NCBI GenBank assembly: GCA_002104905.1 | Contig: MCFE01000087.1 | Span: forward strand, 62,001 to 126,000 | DNA: 64,000 nt | From: Basidiobolus meristosporus CBS 931.73 | Taxonomy: Eukaryota; Fungi; Basidiobolomycota | Reading direction: 5' to 3' | Shown here: one piece after another, positions 24,194-38,000 of the stretch | Position numbering within the stretch: position 1 is the stretch's first letter | Layout of the letters: each line of letters starts with the position of its first letter | Translations under genes and position numbers: made by a program | The notes under the pieces: model-generated | Told to the model about the DNA's origin: nothing | Seen by the model: the letters and a program-made list of their open reading frames with translations, nothing else | Databases searched by the model: none

Positions 24194-26738
24194 TGTTAAG
24201 TGCTCTGCCAAGGGTGGCATGGCATTGTTGTGGTCTTAGTGAACTTTACCACTTTTTGAATGGATCTACCTGACCAATAAATCCAATTGCCTTACATGGC
24301 AAACAACTTAATGGGGTTTTGACAGCCTCTTTGCAAGCATCTGACAGCATTATTATGGCAGCATGGTGGCCTACCGCTAGTTCTGTATAGTGCTACCCCA
24401 CCACTTTACCAAATGGTATTTTGTTTTTCTACCTACCCTTGCACAAATCATATATTCCTCTGCAGATTCACCCCTCTTCATTTGCTTACCCACTACTACC
24501 TTGGGTATTCCACATGTAGTTTGATTCAAAAGATGCTATGGCCTCCTGCTTACTATCCTCTACAAACATTCACACCCTTTGCAATTGACATACCTCTATC
24601 ACCCAACTTTATTGCTTTTTAGTGTGATATATGCAAAGTTGCCATATACCTTGTATTGCTGGTAACATTTGTATCTTGCAAACATCTGCTTGGTTGCCAC
24701 TACTTCTACCATGAATGCCTCCTAAACATATGCAAAGAACCATTTAGTATTTAGCCAATATATTCCTTCTCCCTGCTGGACTCTAGTCCACCTTGTAGGT
24801 GTGTTCTGGCTCTTGTTTGTGTAAGTTCTGTATTGAATGGTGTAGAAATTGGCTTGTGACCAAGATGAATCTGTGATTCCTTAGAAGTGTTTTCCTAATA
24901 AAAATTAGCTGCTTGTTGCACCCAACACAACTTTGCATTACTTCACTGATTACCCTTGCATGGGGGCTGCTTAGCTTCTTAATTCCATAGGTATAGGTGT
25001 CTCCATGTGCACATCTGTCCTCAGTATTTTCAGACTGTTCCTGGCTGTCCTCCATGCACCAACCCATCACATCCATGACAGATTTGAAGGTAATCTTCCT
25101 GATGGGATTGGGATATGGTAGTACTTGCAACTTGACTTGTCTTCCTAGTACTCCACACATCTGCTCCATAGGCAACTCCCAATAGGTGACACAAGGTTCA
25201 GCATTGTCAACACACTAAGCAAGATGGAGTAGTGAATGGATACAGTAGCAGCAGAGATCTATATGCTCAGCTTTATGCTTGTAGCATAGCCACTTAATTC
25301 CTGTCACAAACTCTTTGCACAAAAGCTGTAGATGTGTCAGGTTGGCATTGGTGATCCACTTTTGGATAAATACTCCTATAATGTCCACATATGACTCCCA
25401 ATACTTTCAATGTACTCTTGGTAGAAGTGACTTCAGAAGGCCACTTGACTAAACACATATCCAGGTCATCCAGTCCTTGCACTTGTATTGTTGTATATGT
25501 GTATGAATGTTGATGGGAGCCCATGAGAAGTACTTAGGGTAGCAGATACTTTGTAATATCTTGCCAACTCTTTCAGATTTCTCCAATATCTCAAAGGGCA
25601 CATTTAGCTTGAAATGCCCCATGTACAACTTGGTCATCAGTATAGGGATATTGCTGAAAAGCAAGTGCATTGCTCCCAGTGGAAAGCTTTTGGTCCAACA
25701 GATACCCTCTATCTTAAATATCTCCTGTTTCTAATTGATTACATATTCCAGCCAATGGCTGATAGCTTGCCAACTTTGCTGCAATTGCATGCTGACATCT
25801 GTACAGTCTCTCTGCAGAGAGATGATGTTCTTAGTGTTAATGTTTGGGTAATAATAATGAGTGTGAGTTATAGAGTAAGTCACCTGGTTCTCACACATTT
25901 GACAGCAATATCATTCATTGTGCCCTGAAAAGCTGGCTATCTTGCTACTGGCTGGGGTATCTCCAATGCATATTATAATATCACCTTTTGCATGATGGCC
26001 ATTAACTGTTATCCTGCTGGAAAGCATACACAGCTCATCCATTAATGGGTTCAGGTGGCTATCCAGGTTGAGCAGTGACTTAGACCCAGATCCTAGTGAG
26101 ACTACCAATAGATTTTTGCTCTGATACCATAAGATAGGAAGCAGATTCAGATTGATGAGAATCAGCAGCCAGCAGGATTGGTGGGTAAAGTAATTGTTTA
26201 ATCAGGATCCAGCAAGTGCCAAGGAAAAGGCATGGTCATACATATCTGCAAAGTAGCCCTTGCTTCTCAGCTGTTTGTAAGGTTTGCAATAATATATACA
26301 TGATATGTTTGTGCCTGATTGATACTAAGTGCAGTACTTTATAGCTACACAATATTACTCAGACTGTATGAGCTTCTTTAGATGGGGTATTACTGGAATA
26401 TATCCAGAGTGAAAACAGTGTGTTCCCTTGATGGTGTTGGATTTGTGACAAGTAGATCACCTTGCAATGGTGGCATTTTCTGATGTGAGCACCATGCAAC
26501 TGCTAACACATGCTGGTATCAGGATGGCCTCTGGGCCATGTGTTGCCAGCCACATGGTGATTTTCCATTTATACCATGTACCTGGTGAGTTGAACCCCAA
26601 GATGGTTTGGCAAGAAGTAGTAGTAGATCCTCAAAGTCCCCATTGCTGCCATTGGTAGAAACATGCCACTTCTCTAGCCACAACATTACATCATTCACCA
26701 GTAGATGGATTACTGGGCTCCCTTGACTCCATAAAGTA
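24194..26738 (-). mobile_element. Second En/Spm-type copy D2 (truncated, transposase pseudogene)
   Basis: Reverse-complement similarity to D1 11,565-13,640; MPMEQMCGVLGRQVKLQVLPYPN and GSGSKSLLNLDSHL remnants. Confidence 0.85.
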
Positions 26739-27078
26739 GACTTGTTCTGTTGGATCATGCCACATTCAGCCATAAGTGCCAAATGATGCCATAGTGTGCC
26801 AGGGAGGCCAAGTGAGCCTATACTTGGCCACTGAGTGTGAAACATAGCTCTGCATCTTCAGGCAAAGCAGCCCCTGTGTTTCACCCATTGTGTTGGAGAA
26901 AATCCATTTTTTGATCTTTTTTTTTAGGTCAATGTTGTACAGTATGTGTAAGAGCACAGAAGAACTGTAGACATGCATCAGGTACTCAATGCCCATGTCA
27001 CTCTGAATCTAGCTCCTGTGGCTTGTAACATGTCACAAAAATGCATGGCACTATCTTGGTCCACTGGTACTATCTGGC
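26737..27078. mobile_element. Foldback element G2 (one arm only, cut off by the gypsy B1 LTR)
   Basis: Starts TAGACTTGTTC; carries the diagnostic variants of G1's right arm; joins the B1 LTR at a shared ATCTG microhomology. Confidence 0.85.
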
Positions 27079-30000
27079 GCTTGAATGTTTAAGTTAGATC
27101 AGTTTTTAGTCAAATCAATTAGCTATATGCTAGGTTATCAGTAAATCAGTATTATCTATCATATCAGTAACATTAGTCAGCAAATGAATCAGCAGATCCT
27201 TATAAGACAGAAATAGATATACTAAGTAGGATCTTATTGGGTGATGATGATGCAATCAAATGAGTCATTAGCCACAGCCTACATTAGGAAATACAATTAG
27301 TCAGCAATTGATCTGGCAAAATGTATATAAGGAGCTGCTGGAACCTCAATAAAGATCAGTTCAAGTTTTAGTGAATACAATACTAGCTAAACTCCCTATT
27401 CCTCTACAACTCTTGTACCAAGACTTGTAACATTGGTAGCAGCAATAACCAGAAACCTCCCTCCTGAAGAAAGAAGAAACCACCCTCAAGATGTCGGACA
27501 ATCAAGAATGGAAGAATGCCATGCAGCAAATCCTGGCCCAACAGCAACAATTACTCCAGATCCTCAGCCAACAGCAACAAGGATTGACTACCATGGCTCA
27601 GAGCCAGCAAAGCCCTGTCAAGAGCAACTTTAGTGTGAAGGTCAACCAGTACCATGGCAGAGTCAATGAAAACCTGGGAGCTTGGCTCTTTCAGATTGAA
27701 GAAGCTTTTAAAGCTAAAGGAATTGCTCCAGAAAGCAAATTGCATTATGCAGCTTCTTACCTGGCATATGCAGCTTTACAGTGGTACCACAACAAGATCA
27801 GGTCAGCCACTATGATGTGATGCTCTACTATCTCTACCTGGGATGAGTTTGTGTTGGAAATTCAGGATGCTTTTGAACCTTTACACCAGCAGATACTACT
27901 AAGAAGGAAGTTAGAGACACTCAGACAGAAAGGAATGGTTCAAGAATACATCTATGAGTACAGATGTCTACTTGGACAAATTGAAAGAATGGACCCCCTG
28001 GATCAAGTTGAATACTTTATTGATGGGTTGAAAGAAAGAACTTGCAAGGAAGTGAATTATCAAAGACCTCAGACTATTGAAGGAGCCATCAAAATTGCCA
28101 TTGACTATGCCTCAGTTATGTTTGGAGTTGGGAAGTCTACAGTTACTAATCAGAAAGGCTACAATCATCATGATAGAAGACAGTCAGAAGCAGTACCAAT
28201 GGAAATAGATGCTATGCAGAAGAACCCCACCTCAGAAGAATGCAGGAAGAAAGGACTTTGTTTCAATTGCCACCAGCAAGGACACATCTCAAAGTACTGC
28301 CCCCAGAGAAGAAATGGACACCTGCCAACAAAAACCTTCAACCATATTGAGTCCCATGAACACAGTAATGTGGAGGATGAGCTTGAAGAAGACTTGGAAC
28401 TCACCTTCCATATGACAGAAGAGTACTTGTCTCAAATGACCTCAAACTCAGGGAAGTTATTATACTTAAATGGAGTAATCAATAGAGTACCTGCCAAAAT
28501 CATGATTGACTCAAGAGCATCACATGAATACATGTCAGAACAATTTGCCTTGCAAGCTGGAATCAACTTGGAACCTACCAAATCAACTTCAGTCTCCACG
28601 GCTGATGGGAACTCTCACATATTTAACGGTATTACCCAGCCAGTAAGAATGAAGATCAATCACTATGAAGAAGATCTACAGGCTTATATATTTGGGAACT
28701 GCAAGTTTGACCTTGTACTTGGAAAAACCTGGCTATTTTGTTGTAATCCATCAATTAACTGGAGAACCCATGCTACTCAGATCCAAAAGGACAACAAGAC
28801 CTATGAGCTACTACCTGCCAGGCTAGATTTCAACTTGGTCAATTCAGTGTGTGTGAGACAAGTGAACTTAGCAAGACCCATTTCTGTAGAGCACTTAGAA
28901 AAGGTACCCAGATGTTCCTCATGGCGGTATTACAGGAAGATTCCTCTACCCCAGCACCCCAGCAGGTCCAGACTCTCTTGAAGAAATATTCAGACATGTT
29001 TCCAGATGAGCTTGTAAGCCTACCACCAGTCAGAGACATGGATCATGCCATTGACACAGGAGATAGCCCTCCAGTAAGCAAGACACCTTACAGAATGAGT
29101 CCATTGGAATTGAAGGAAATGGAGAGACAAATTGATCAGCTTTTGAAGCAAGGATACATCAGGCCCAGCAAGTCACCCTGGGGAGCACCAGTGCTTTTTT
29201 TGAAAAAGAAGGATGGAACACTTCGGATATGCATTGACTACAGAGCCCTGAACTCAGTTACTGTCAAGATTAAGTACCCCATACCTTGGATTGATGAGCT
29301 TTTGGATCAACTTAATGGAGCCACTATTTTCAGCAAGATTGACCTCATGTCAGGATACAACCAGATTAGGGTGAAACCAGAAGATATCCCTAAGACAGCA
29401 TTCAGGACCACATATGGACATTACAAGTACTTAGTCATGAGTTTAGGCCTCACTAATGCCCCTGCAACATTCATGAAGCTGATGCAGACTGTCTTTCAGG
29501 AGTACTTAGACAAGTTTATGATAATCTACCTAGATGACATATTGATATACAGCAAGACAGAAGAGGATCACTTGGTACACATTGAAAAGGTCTTGAAGAA
29601 ACAAAGAGAGAACAAGCTATATGGCAAGCTAGCCAAGTGTGAATTCTTCAAGGAACACGTTGAATATCTGGGACACATAGTGACTAGCACAGGAGTAACC
29701 CTAGACCCCAAGAAGGTTGAAGTTATCAAGAATTTGAAGCAGCCCATAGCATATCAGAACTCAGATCATTCCTTAGAATGGCATCCTATTATCAGAGATT
29801 TGTCAAGTCCTTTGCAAGCATTGCAGCCCCTTTAACTGATATCCTCAAGAAAGACAACACCTACAAGTGGGATATAGCCTGTGAGACTGCATTTCAGACG
29901 CTCAAGAATGAACTCAATAAGCTGCCAAACTTAAGAATACCTAACTTCAGAAAAGAGTTTACCCTGTGCGCAGATGCTTCAGATTATGCAATTGATGGAG

Positions 30001-32000
30001 TACTAAGCCAAGAACACAAGGGAAAGAACTACGCAGTTGCCTTTGAGTCCAAGAAACTGAACTCAGCAGAACAAAACTATCCTGGGCATGAGAAGGAGAA
30101 GCTGGCTATAATACACTGCCTGAAGACATGGAGATGCTATATTGAAGGAGGCAAATGTACTGTAAAGACTGATCATGCCTCACTGAAGTATATACTTATT
30201 CAGAAGGTTCTATCAAGAACAATGACAAGGTTGAGTGAATACATTCAGAAATTTGACTTGGAGATTGTCTACTGCACTAGGAAAAACAAAACGGTTGTTG
30301 ATGCCTTATCAAGACTAAAACAAGTGGCACAACTCAGCTTGGTGCATGAATCAAATTGGCCTAGCTTATTACCACAATACTTGGAGGACCAAGCCATTCC
30401 TAATGAGGTGGATGAAGAGATAAAGATGATAATCCGAGATGAAGCCAGCATATTTGTTGTACAGGATGAAACACTCTACCAAATTGTTGATGGAAGCCCT
30501 ATTGCCTATTGTCCATATGTTGCTTGCCTGGATTTAATACATAAGCTACACAATGGATATGGACGTCTAGGGATTGAAGTAACCTATAGCCTTGTGAAAG
30601 CCAGAGCATGGTGGCCCAGAATGAAACAAGATATTGAGAAGCTAGTGAAAACATGCCCAAACTGCCAAATTAATCAAGGCCAGCCGCAAAGAATTGCCAA
30701 ACCCTTCCCTTTGCAGCCTGTAAGACCATTTGAGAGATGGGGAATTGACTTTATTGGAAGACTGCCAACCACCAGGAATTGCAACCGTTGGATCCTAGTA
30801 GCAATTAACCATGCCACTAAATGGCCAGTTCCTAAAGCTGCACCAATAGCCAGTGAACAGGAAGTTTTAAGTCTCATTTACCATGAGATCCTGATGAAGT
30901 TTGGATGCCCTGTGGAGATCTTATCTGATGGAGGAGCAAACTTTATGGCAAAGACATTAGAGGCTTACCTGGAAAGGCAGCAGATTAAACACTTGAAAAC
31001 CTTGGCATATCACCCCAGAACTAATGCAGTCATTGAACGCTTTAATGGATTATTTAGAAAAATGCTGACCAAGTATGCAAATGGAGCTGTCAGTAGATGG
31101 GATGAGTATATAGATCAAGCACTTTTTGCCTGCAGAGTTAGAGTGCACAACACTACCCAACAATCACCATTTTACTTAATGTATGGATGTGAACCAAGGA
31201 TTCCAGGAGATCTCACACAACCTAAGCTTACAGATGCCTTAGAAGATGAACTTAGTCAGCCCAGTAGACACCAGCAATTGGAACAAAGACAACAAGAGGC
31301 ACAGGCCTATGTATCTTAAAGTGCAGAAAAGATGAAGCAGAGATTTGATAAGACTATAGCACCAGAAGCATTGACAGTTGGGAACTTTGCATTGCTAAGA
31401 AACAACACTTGGAAGAAGTTTGAGCCACAATGGGCAGGACCATTCAAGATCATCACAGAATGTCCATTTGCAACTTACCAACTAGTGGATAAACAAGGGA
31501 ATATCTGGGAAGATTTAGTTCATAGAGACAAACTCAAGCTTGCAAGACTTGCTGACAATACTGAACCATCAAGATCATGGTATCACAAGAAAAGAGATTC
31601 AGGAGAACCCTCTCAACTTTAGTGGGGGAGAATGTTATGATCTGCTGCTTGAATGGTCAAGTTAGATCAGTTTTTAGTCAAATCAATTAGTTATATGTTA
31701 GGTTTTCAGTATATCAGTATTATCTATCATATCAGTAACATTAGTCAGCAAATGAATCAGCAGATCCTTATAGGACAGAAATAGATATACAAAGTAGGAT
31801 CTTATTGGGTGATGATGATGCAATCAAATGAGCCATCAGCCACAACCTACATTAGGAAATACAATTAGTCAGCAATTGATCTGGCAAAATGTATATAAGG
31901 AGCTGCTGGAACCTCAATAAAGATTAGTTCAAGTTTTAGTGAATACAATACTAGCTAAACTCCCTATTACTCTACAACTCTTATACTAAGACTTGTAACA
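27079..32000 (+). mobile_element. Ty3/gypsy element B1 (5' LTR 27079-27432 missing its first ~14 nt; 3' LTR 31633-32000; gag-pol 27491-31622 with 4 lesions)
   Basis: PBS TGGTAGCAGC; PPT AGTGGGGGAGAA; [14 protein letters not shown] knuckle; PR-RT(YLDD)-RH-IN order with GPF motif and no chromodomain; LTRs differ at about 15 of 354 sites. Confidence 0.96.
27434..27443 (+). promoter_or_regulatory. Gypsy-B primer-binding site TGGTAGCAGC, complementary to the 3' end of initiator tRNA-Met
   Basis: One nt after the LTR end; TGGTAGC pairs with the conserved ...GCUACCA end of fungal and animal tRNAiMet; also present in B3. Confidence 0.75.
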
Positions 32001-35000
32001 ATGGAATAAAACCAAAATAAGAGTAGTTAATTAATAGGGATATGAATAGTATGTATGCAAGCTCAACATTCCATGGGTGGGACCACAACCGCACTATACT
32101 GTTGCCCAAAATACTATTGACATAGTTCATTTGATATTGATATGTAAGTGCAACTTAGAACAATACAACTGTCAGGGCAATATGAGCCAGATATTAATTT
32201 AATGAAGTGATCATCTGAAGCAATTTCTACTCTCAGCACATATGCAGCATTTGCAATCAAATGTTGACATTGTAGGAATATTTATCTGGATATGGATCAG
32301 CAATGCAAGTTCAGCACATCTGCAGCATTTATCAAATGAACTGGTGACAGGAATGGAGTTACTAAACAATGCAGATAAAGCTGAGCTTGCAAATGTTACA
32401 AGTCTTGGTATAAGAGTTGTAAAGGATTAGGGAGTTTAACTAGTATTGTATTCACTAAAACTTGAGCTGATCTTTATTGAGGTTTCAGCAGCTCCTTATA
32501 TACATTTAGCCAGATCAATTGCTGCCTGATTGTATTTCTTATTTTAGGCTGTGGCTGATAGCTCCTTTGATTGCAACATCATCACTCAATAGGATCCCAC
32601 GTAATATAACTATTTCTGACTGATAAGGATCTGCTGGTTCATTTGCTGACTAATGCTACTGATGTGATAGATAATACTGATATACTGATAAGCCAAACAT
32701 AACCCTATTTGATTTGACTAATAACTGATTTAACTTAAACATTCAAGCAGAAGATTGTAACATTCTCCGCTACTAATGTTGAGAGGGCTCTCCTGAATCT
32801 CTTTTCTTGTGGTATTAATATCATGATGGTTCAGTATTATCAGCAAGTCTTGCAAGCTCAAGTCTGTCCCTATGCACTAAGTCTTCCCTGATATTGTCTT
32901 GTTTGTCCACTAGTTGGTAAGTTGCAAATGGGCATTCTCTAATGAGCTTGAATGTTCCTGTCCATTGTGGCTCAAACTTCTTCCAAGTGTTGTTTTGGTT
33001 GCTTGGTTTTTACACTCATCCCATATACTGACAACTCCATATGCATACTTGGTCGGCATTTTTCCAAATAATTTATTAAACCGCTCAGTGAGTGCATCAG
33101 TTCCAGGGGAATATGCCAAGGTTTTCAAATGTTTGATCTGTTGCATTTCCTGGTAAGCTTCCAATGTCTTTGCCATAAAGCTTGCACCTCTTTCTGATAG
33201 AATCTCCATTGGGGATGAAACTTCATATGGATCTCATGATAGATGAAACTTGCAACTTCTTGTGCACTGGCTATAGGTACAGCTTTAGCCACTAGCCAAT
33301 TAGTGGCATGGTCAAATGCTATTTGGATCCAACTGTTGCATTTCCTGGCAATTGGCAGTCCTCCAATAAAGTCAATTTGCCATCTTTCAAATGGTCTTAC
33401 AGGCTCCAAGGGAAAGAGTTCAGCAATCCTCAGTGGTTGGCCTTGATTGATTTGGCAATTTGGGCATATTTTCACTAGCTTTTCAATGTCATATTTCATT
33501 CTGGGCCACAGTGCTCTGTCTTTCACAACACTGTAGGTTCCTTCAATTCCAAGATGTCCATAACCATTGTGTAGCTTACTTATTAAATCTAGGCAAAAAA
33601 CATAAGGGTAATAGGCATTAGGGCTTACATCAACTTTTTGGTAGAGTGTTTCACCCTATACTACAAATTTGCTGGCTTCATCCTAGATTATCTTCTTGAT
33701 GTCTTCATCCCCCCCAATAGGAATGGCTTGGTCCTCCAAGTACTTTGATAATAGGCTAGGCAAATCTGATTCATGCACCAAGTTGAGTTGTACAACTTGT
33801 TCTAATCTTGATAAGGCGTCAGCAACCATGTTGTTTTTTCCAGGGTAGTAGACATTCTCCAAACTAAATTGCTGAATGTATTCACTCCATCTTGTCATTC
33901 CTATAGAGAGTACCTTATGAGTAAATATATACTTGGGGGAGGCATGATCAGTCTTCACAGTGCATTTGACTCCTTCAATATAGCATCTCCATGTCTTCAA
34001 ACAGTGTATTATAGCAAGCATCTCCTTCTCATGGACTGGATAGTTTTGTTCTGCTGAGTTCAGTTTCTTGGATTCAGAGGCAACAGGGTAGTCCTTTCCC
34101 TGGAGTTCTTGGCTCAGCACTCCACCAATTGCATATTCTGAAGCATCTGTGCTCAGAGTAAATTTTTTCTGAAGTTAGGTGTTGTTAAGCTTGGTAGGTT
34201 AGGGAGTACATTCTTGAGTGTCTGGATGGCAGTCTTATAAGCAATGTCCCACTTGTAGGTATTGTCTTTCTTGAGGATATCAGCTAAAGGGGCTGCAATA
34301 CTTGCAAATAACTTGATAAATCTCCAGTAATAGAAAACCATTCCAAGGAATGATCTGATCTCTGCTATGCTATGGGGCTGCTTCAGATTCCTCATAACTT
34401 CAACCTTCTTGGGGTCTAGGGTCACACCTGTGCTAGTCACTATCTGTCCCAGATATTCAACATGTTCCTTGAAGAATTCACACTTGGGTAGCTTGCCATA
34501 AAGCTTGTTCTCTCTTAGCTTCTTCATGACCTTTTCAATGTGCACCAAGTGATCCTCTTCTGTCTTGCTGTATATCAATATATCATCTAGGTAGATCATA
34601 AACTTGTCTAAGTACTCCTGGAAGACAGTCTGCATCAGGGTCATGAATGTTGCAGGGGCATTAGTGAGGCCAAAACTCATGACTAAGTACTTGTAGTGCC
34701 CATATCTGGTCCTGAATGCTGTCTTGGGGATGTCTTCTAGCTTCACCCTAATCTGGTTGTATCCTGACATGGGAGCAATCTTGCTGAAAATAGTGGTTAC
34801 ATTGAGTTGGCCCAATAGCTCATCAATCCAAGGTATGGGGTACTTATTCTTCACAGGAACTGAGTTGAGGGCTCTGAAGTCAATGCACATCCTAAGTGCT
34901 CCATCCTTCTTCTTCACAAAAAGTACTGGTGCTCCCCAAGATGACTTGCTGGGTCTGATATATCCTTGCTCCAGTAACTGATCTATTTGTCTCTTCATCT

Positions 35001-35018
35001 CTTCCAACTCCAACAGAC

Positions 35019-38000
35019 TGTTGAAATATTGGACTATTTGGTATCATTCAGCAGCTAAAAATTTACTTAACAATTCTAGGCTAGTCTTAGTCACTGTAGG
35101 ACTCATTTACTGCCTTAACTTTGCCACTTTCTCCAGATATATGATCTTATGATTATTCCCCTATAGTCAGGATCAAATTAGCACTATTACCAAACATTAT
35201 GTACTAACCCTGAAACTGTTACAGAATGCTCCTGAATATTGAGAAACCCTCCCTACTTAGTGTTACAGCTGTATTACTTCTACAAAGGTATAAATACTGA
35301 GCTTCTTTATGAATAAACAACAGTTCAACTATTATCACTATTTCTTGATAAGTTCCTTACATCCAAATCACTTCTTAAATTGCAACAGGTTATGAGCCCC
35401 AATTGCCTTAATCTATTCAAAAGATGACTTCTACCAGCAAACAAAGCAAAACCAACATCTTCCCTGTAAAGGAGAGGTTTGATGAGAAGAACTACAGACT
35501 TTGGAGAATCAAGATGCAGATACACCTTGAGGAAAGAAAGCTTTGGAACATAGTAACAGGAAAGGAAGTTGAGCCCAAAGGAACAGCAGAAGATGTGGAG
35601 AAGTTTCAAGAGAAGGAGAGAAAGGCCTTCAATGCAATATGCATCAATGTGCAAGACTCCTTCATTGGACAAATCCATGCCTCAAATACTGCCAAAGCAG
35701 CATGGGAATCCTTAGAGAAGATCTTTAGAGCAAAGTCAGTATCAAGCAAGCTTTATTTGAAACGAAAGTTCTTCAACATGAGAAAAAAGCCAGATGATGA
35801 CATGCCACTACTCATTACCAGAATGGAGACACTTGCAGAAGAACTTTACAGTATTAATGCTGGTGTAGATGATGAAGAAAAGATACTCTGTCTGCTTTGC
35901 AGCCTACCAGACAAGTATGAGCCACTCATACTTTCTTTTGAAAGCAGAGAAGACAACTTGACTTTAGACTATGTCAAAGAACGACTTCTCCATGAAGAAC
36001 TCAGACGTAATGATCAAGCAGAGAAAATTGAAGATAATGCTTTATTCAGTTCAGAAAGGCATATAGAAAAGAAGGGAAAGCAACAAAACCAAAGAAAACC
36101 TGGCTGCTCTAACTACTGTAAGAAGCCAGGACACTGGGCAAGAGAATGCAAGAAGAAACAAGCAGACAAAAAACAGAAACTAGAGCAGGCAAACCATATA
36201 ACTACTGATGAACAGCTATTTGTCACTGTACAAGAGAGTGCAAGTAACCAAAGTAATGAATGGTATATTGACTCTGGAGCATCACAGCATATTTGTGGTA
36301 TAAAGGATTGGTTCAGCAACTTAAAGACTATTCCCGTAAGAAAGGTTTATCTGGGAGATAACTCTGCATTGGAAGCTACCGCCAGTGGGTCTATACAACT
36401 AAATATGAGTGATAACTCAGGGGCAACAATAGCAAAACTGACTGACGTACTCTATGTACCTGGAATAGCTAAGAACCTACTCTCAGTCAGTAAAGCAACT
36501 ACTCAGGGACTGAAATTCGTTTTTACTGGGCTGAGCTGCTCAATATTGAGTGAAAATGGACAAAAATTAGCTTTGGGAATCAGAGATCATAATATTTACA
36601 AGTTACAATGCAAGATCATTGTACCTGAGTAGGTCAACATTGCTGAAACTGATGAAACCAACTGGGAGACATGGCATAGGAGGCTAGGACACATAGGGGA
36701 ACAGAAAATGAGCCAATTGGTGAAAAATCAGCTTGTTTTGGGCCTAAAATACTCAATTCCAATCAAATTGAATGTTTGTAAGGGATGTTCATATGGCAAA
36801 CAAGCTAGGCAACGTTTCAAGAGCTCAGAAGGCATCAATACCACCAAAATATTGGCTATTGTACACTCAGACATATGTGGCCCCATGAGAACACTGTCCT
36901 TTGGAGCCAAGAGATACTTTATGACGTTTATTGATGACAAGACAAAATATACATGGGTGTACTTCCTCAAAACAAAGGATGAAGCTTTAGAGACGTTTAA
37001 GCACTTCAAGAACATGGCAGAAACACAAACTGGGTGTAAATTGAAGGTACTACAAAGTGACAATGGAGGAGAATACTGCTCAAAGGAGTTTGCAAAATAC
37101 TGCTTGTCTACTGGCATACTTCAACAGACCACAGTTCCTCATACTCCACAGCAAAATGGAGTAGCAGAACGTGCAAATAGAACAATAGTAGAGATGGGAA
37201 GATCTTTGCTACATGATAAGGGAATGGACTACAAGTTTTGGGCTGAATCTGTTGCTACCACTGTACACATCAAGAACAGATGCCCAACAACAGCACTACG
37301 TGATTCTACACCCTTTGAAGCATATACAGGCAAAAAACCAGATCTCCAGCACCTTAGGATCTTTGGCAGTGATGTTTTTTATCACATCCCTGACAAAAAA
37401 CGCTCAAAGTTGGAACCAAAGAGTAGAAAAGGGATCTTTCTTGGGTATTGTGAAGATACTAAAGGGTATAGAGTGTATGATGGCGAAATTCAGAAGCTGA
37501 TCAAGAGCAGGGACGTTGTATTTGAGGAAAATTTGGATCAGAATGCCACAGAAATCATTGGCCAGCTGCCTGATGATGCAATCAACACAAATGAAGAAGA
37601 TACGTACCAAATCCAGCCAGAGATGGAAGATACTTCTATCAGTTCCAGATCAGAACAGATTATCCCAGTTAGGAGATCTGCCAGAATAATAAATGCCGCT
37701 GGATCCTGGTGGCAGACATCCAATGATCATGAAGAAGCTTATCTTGCCTTATGTGCCGAACCTCAGAATCTGGAACAGGCAATGCAAGGTCCAGATGCTA
37801 CTAAGTGGCCACAAGCCATGCAGGAGGAGTACCAATCACTGATCAAGGCAAAAACGTGGGAACTGGTAGATTTACCAAATGGGAGAAAGCCAATAGGATG
37901 TAGATGGGTCTACAAGATCAAGATATCCTCAAATGGTGCCGTTGATAAGTACAAGGCTAGATTGGTAGCTAAAGGCTATTCCCAGATCCAGGGACTAGAC

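Noticed and set aside
14391-24198. Target-site duplication around A1 or A1-A2
   Set aside because: The flanks cttac and tgtta do not match.
31332-31622. Separate env-like or chromodomain ORF after the gypsy integrase
   Set aside because: It is the IN C-terminus (GPF motif) cut off by a CAA-to-TAA change at 31317-31319; B3 has CAA.
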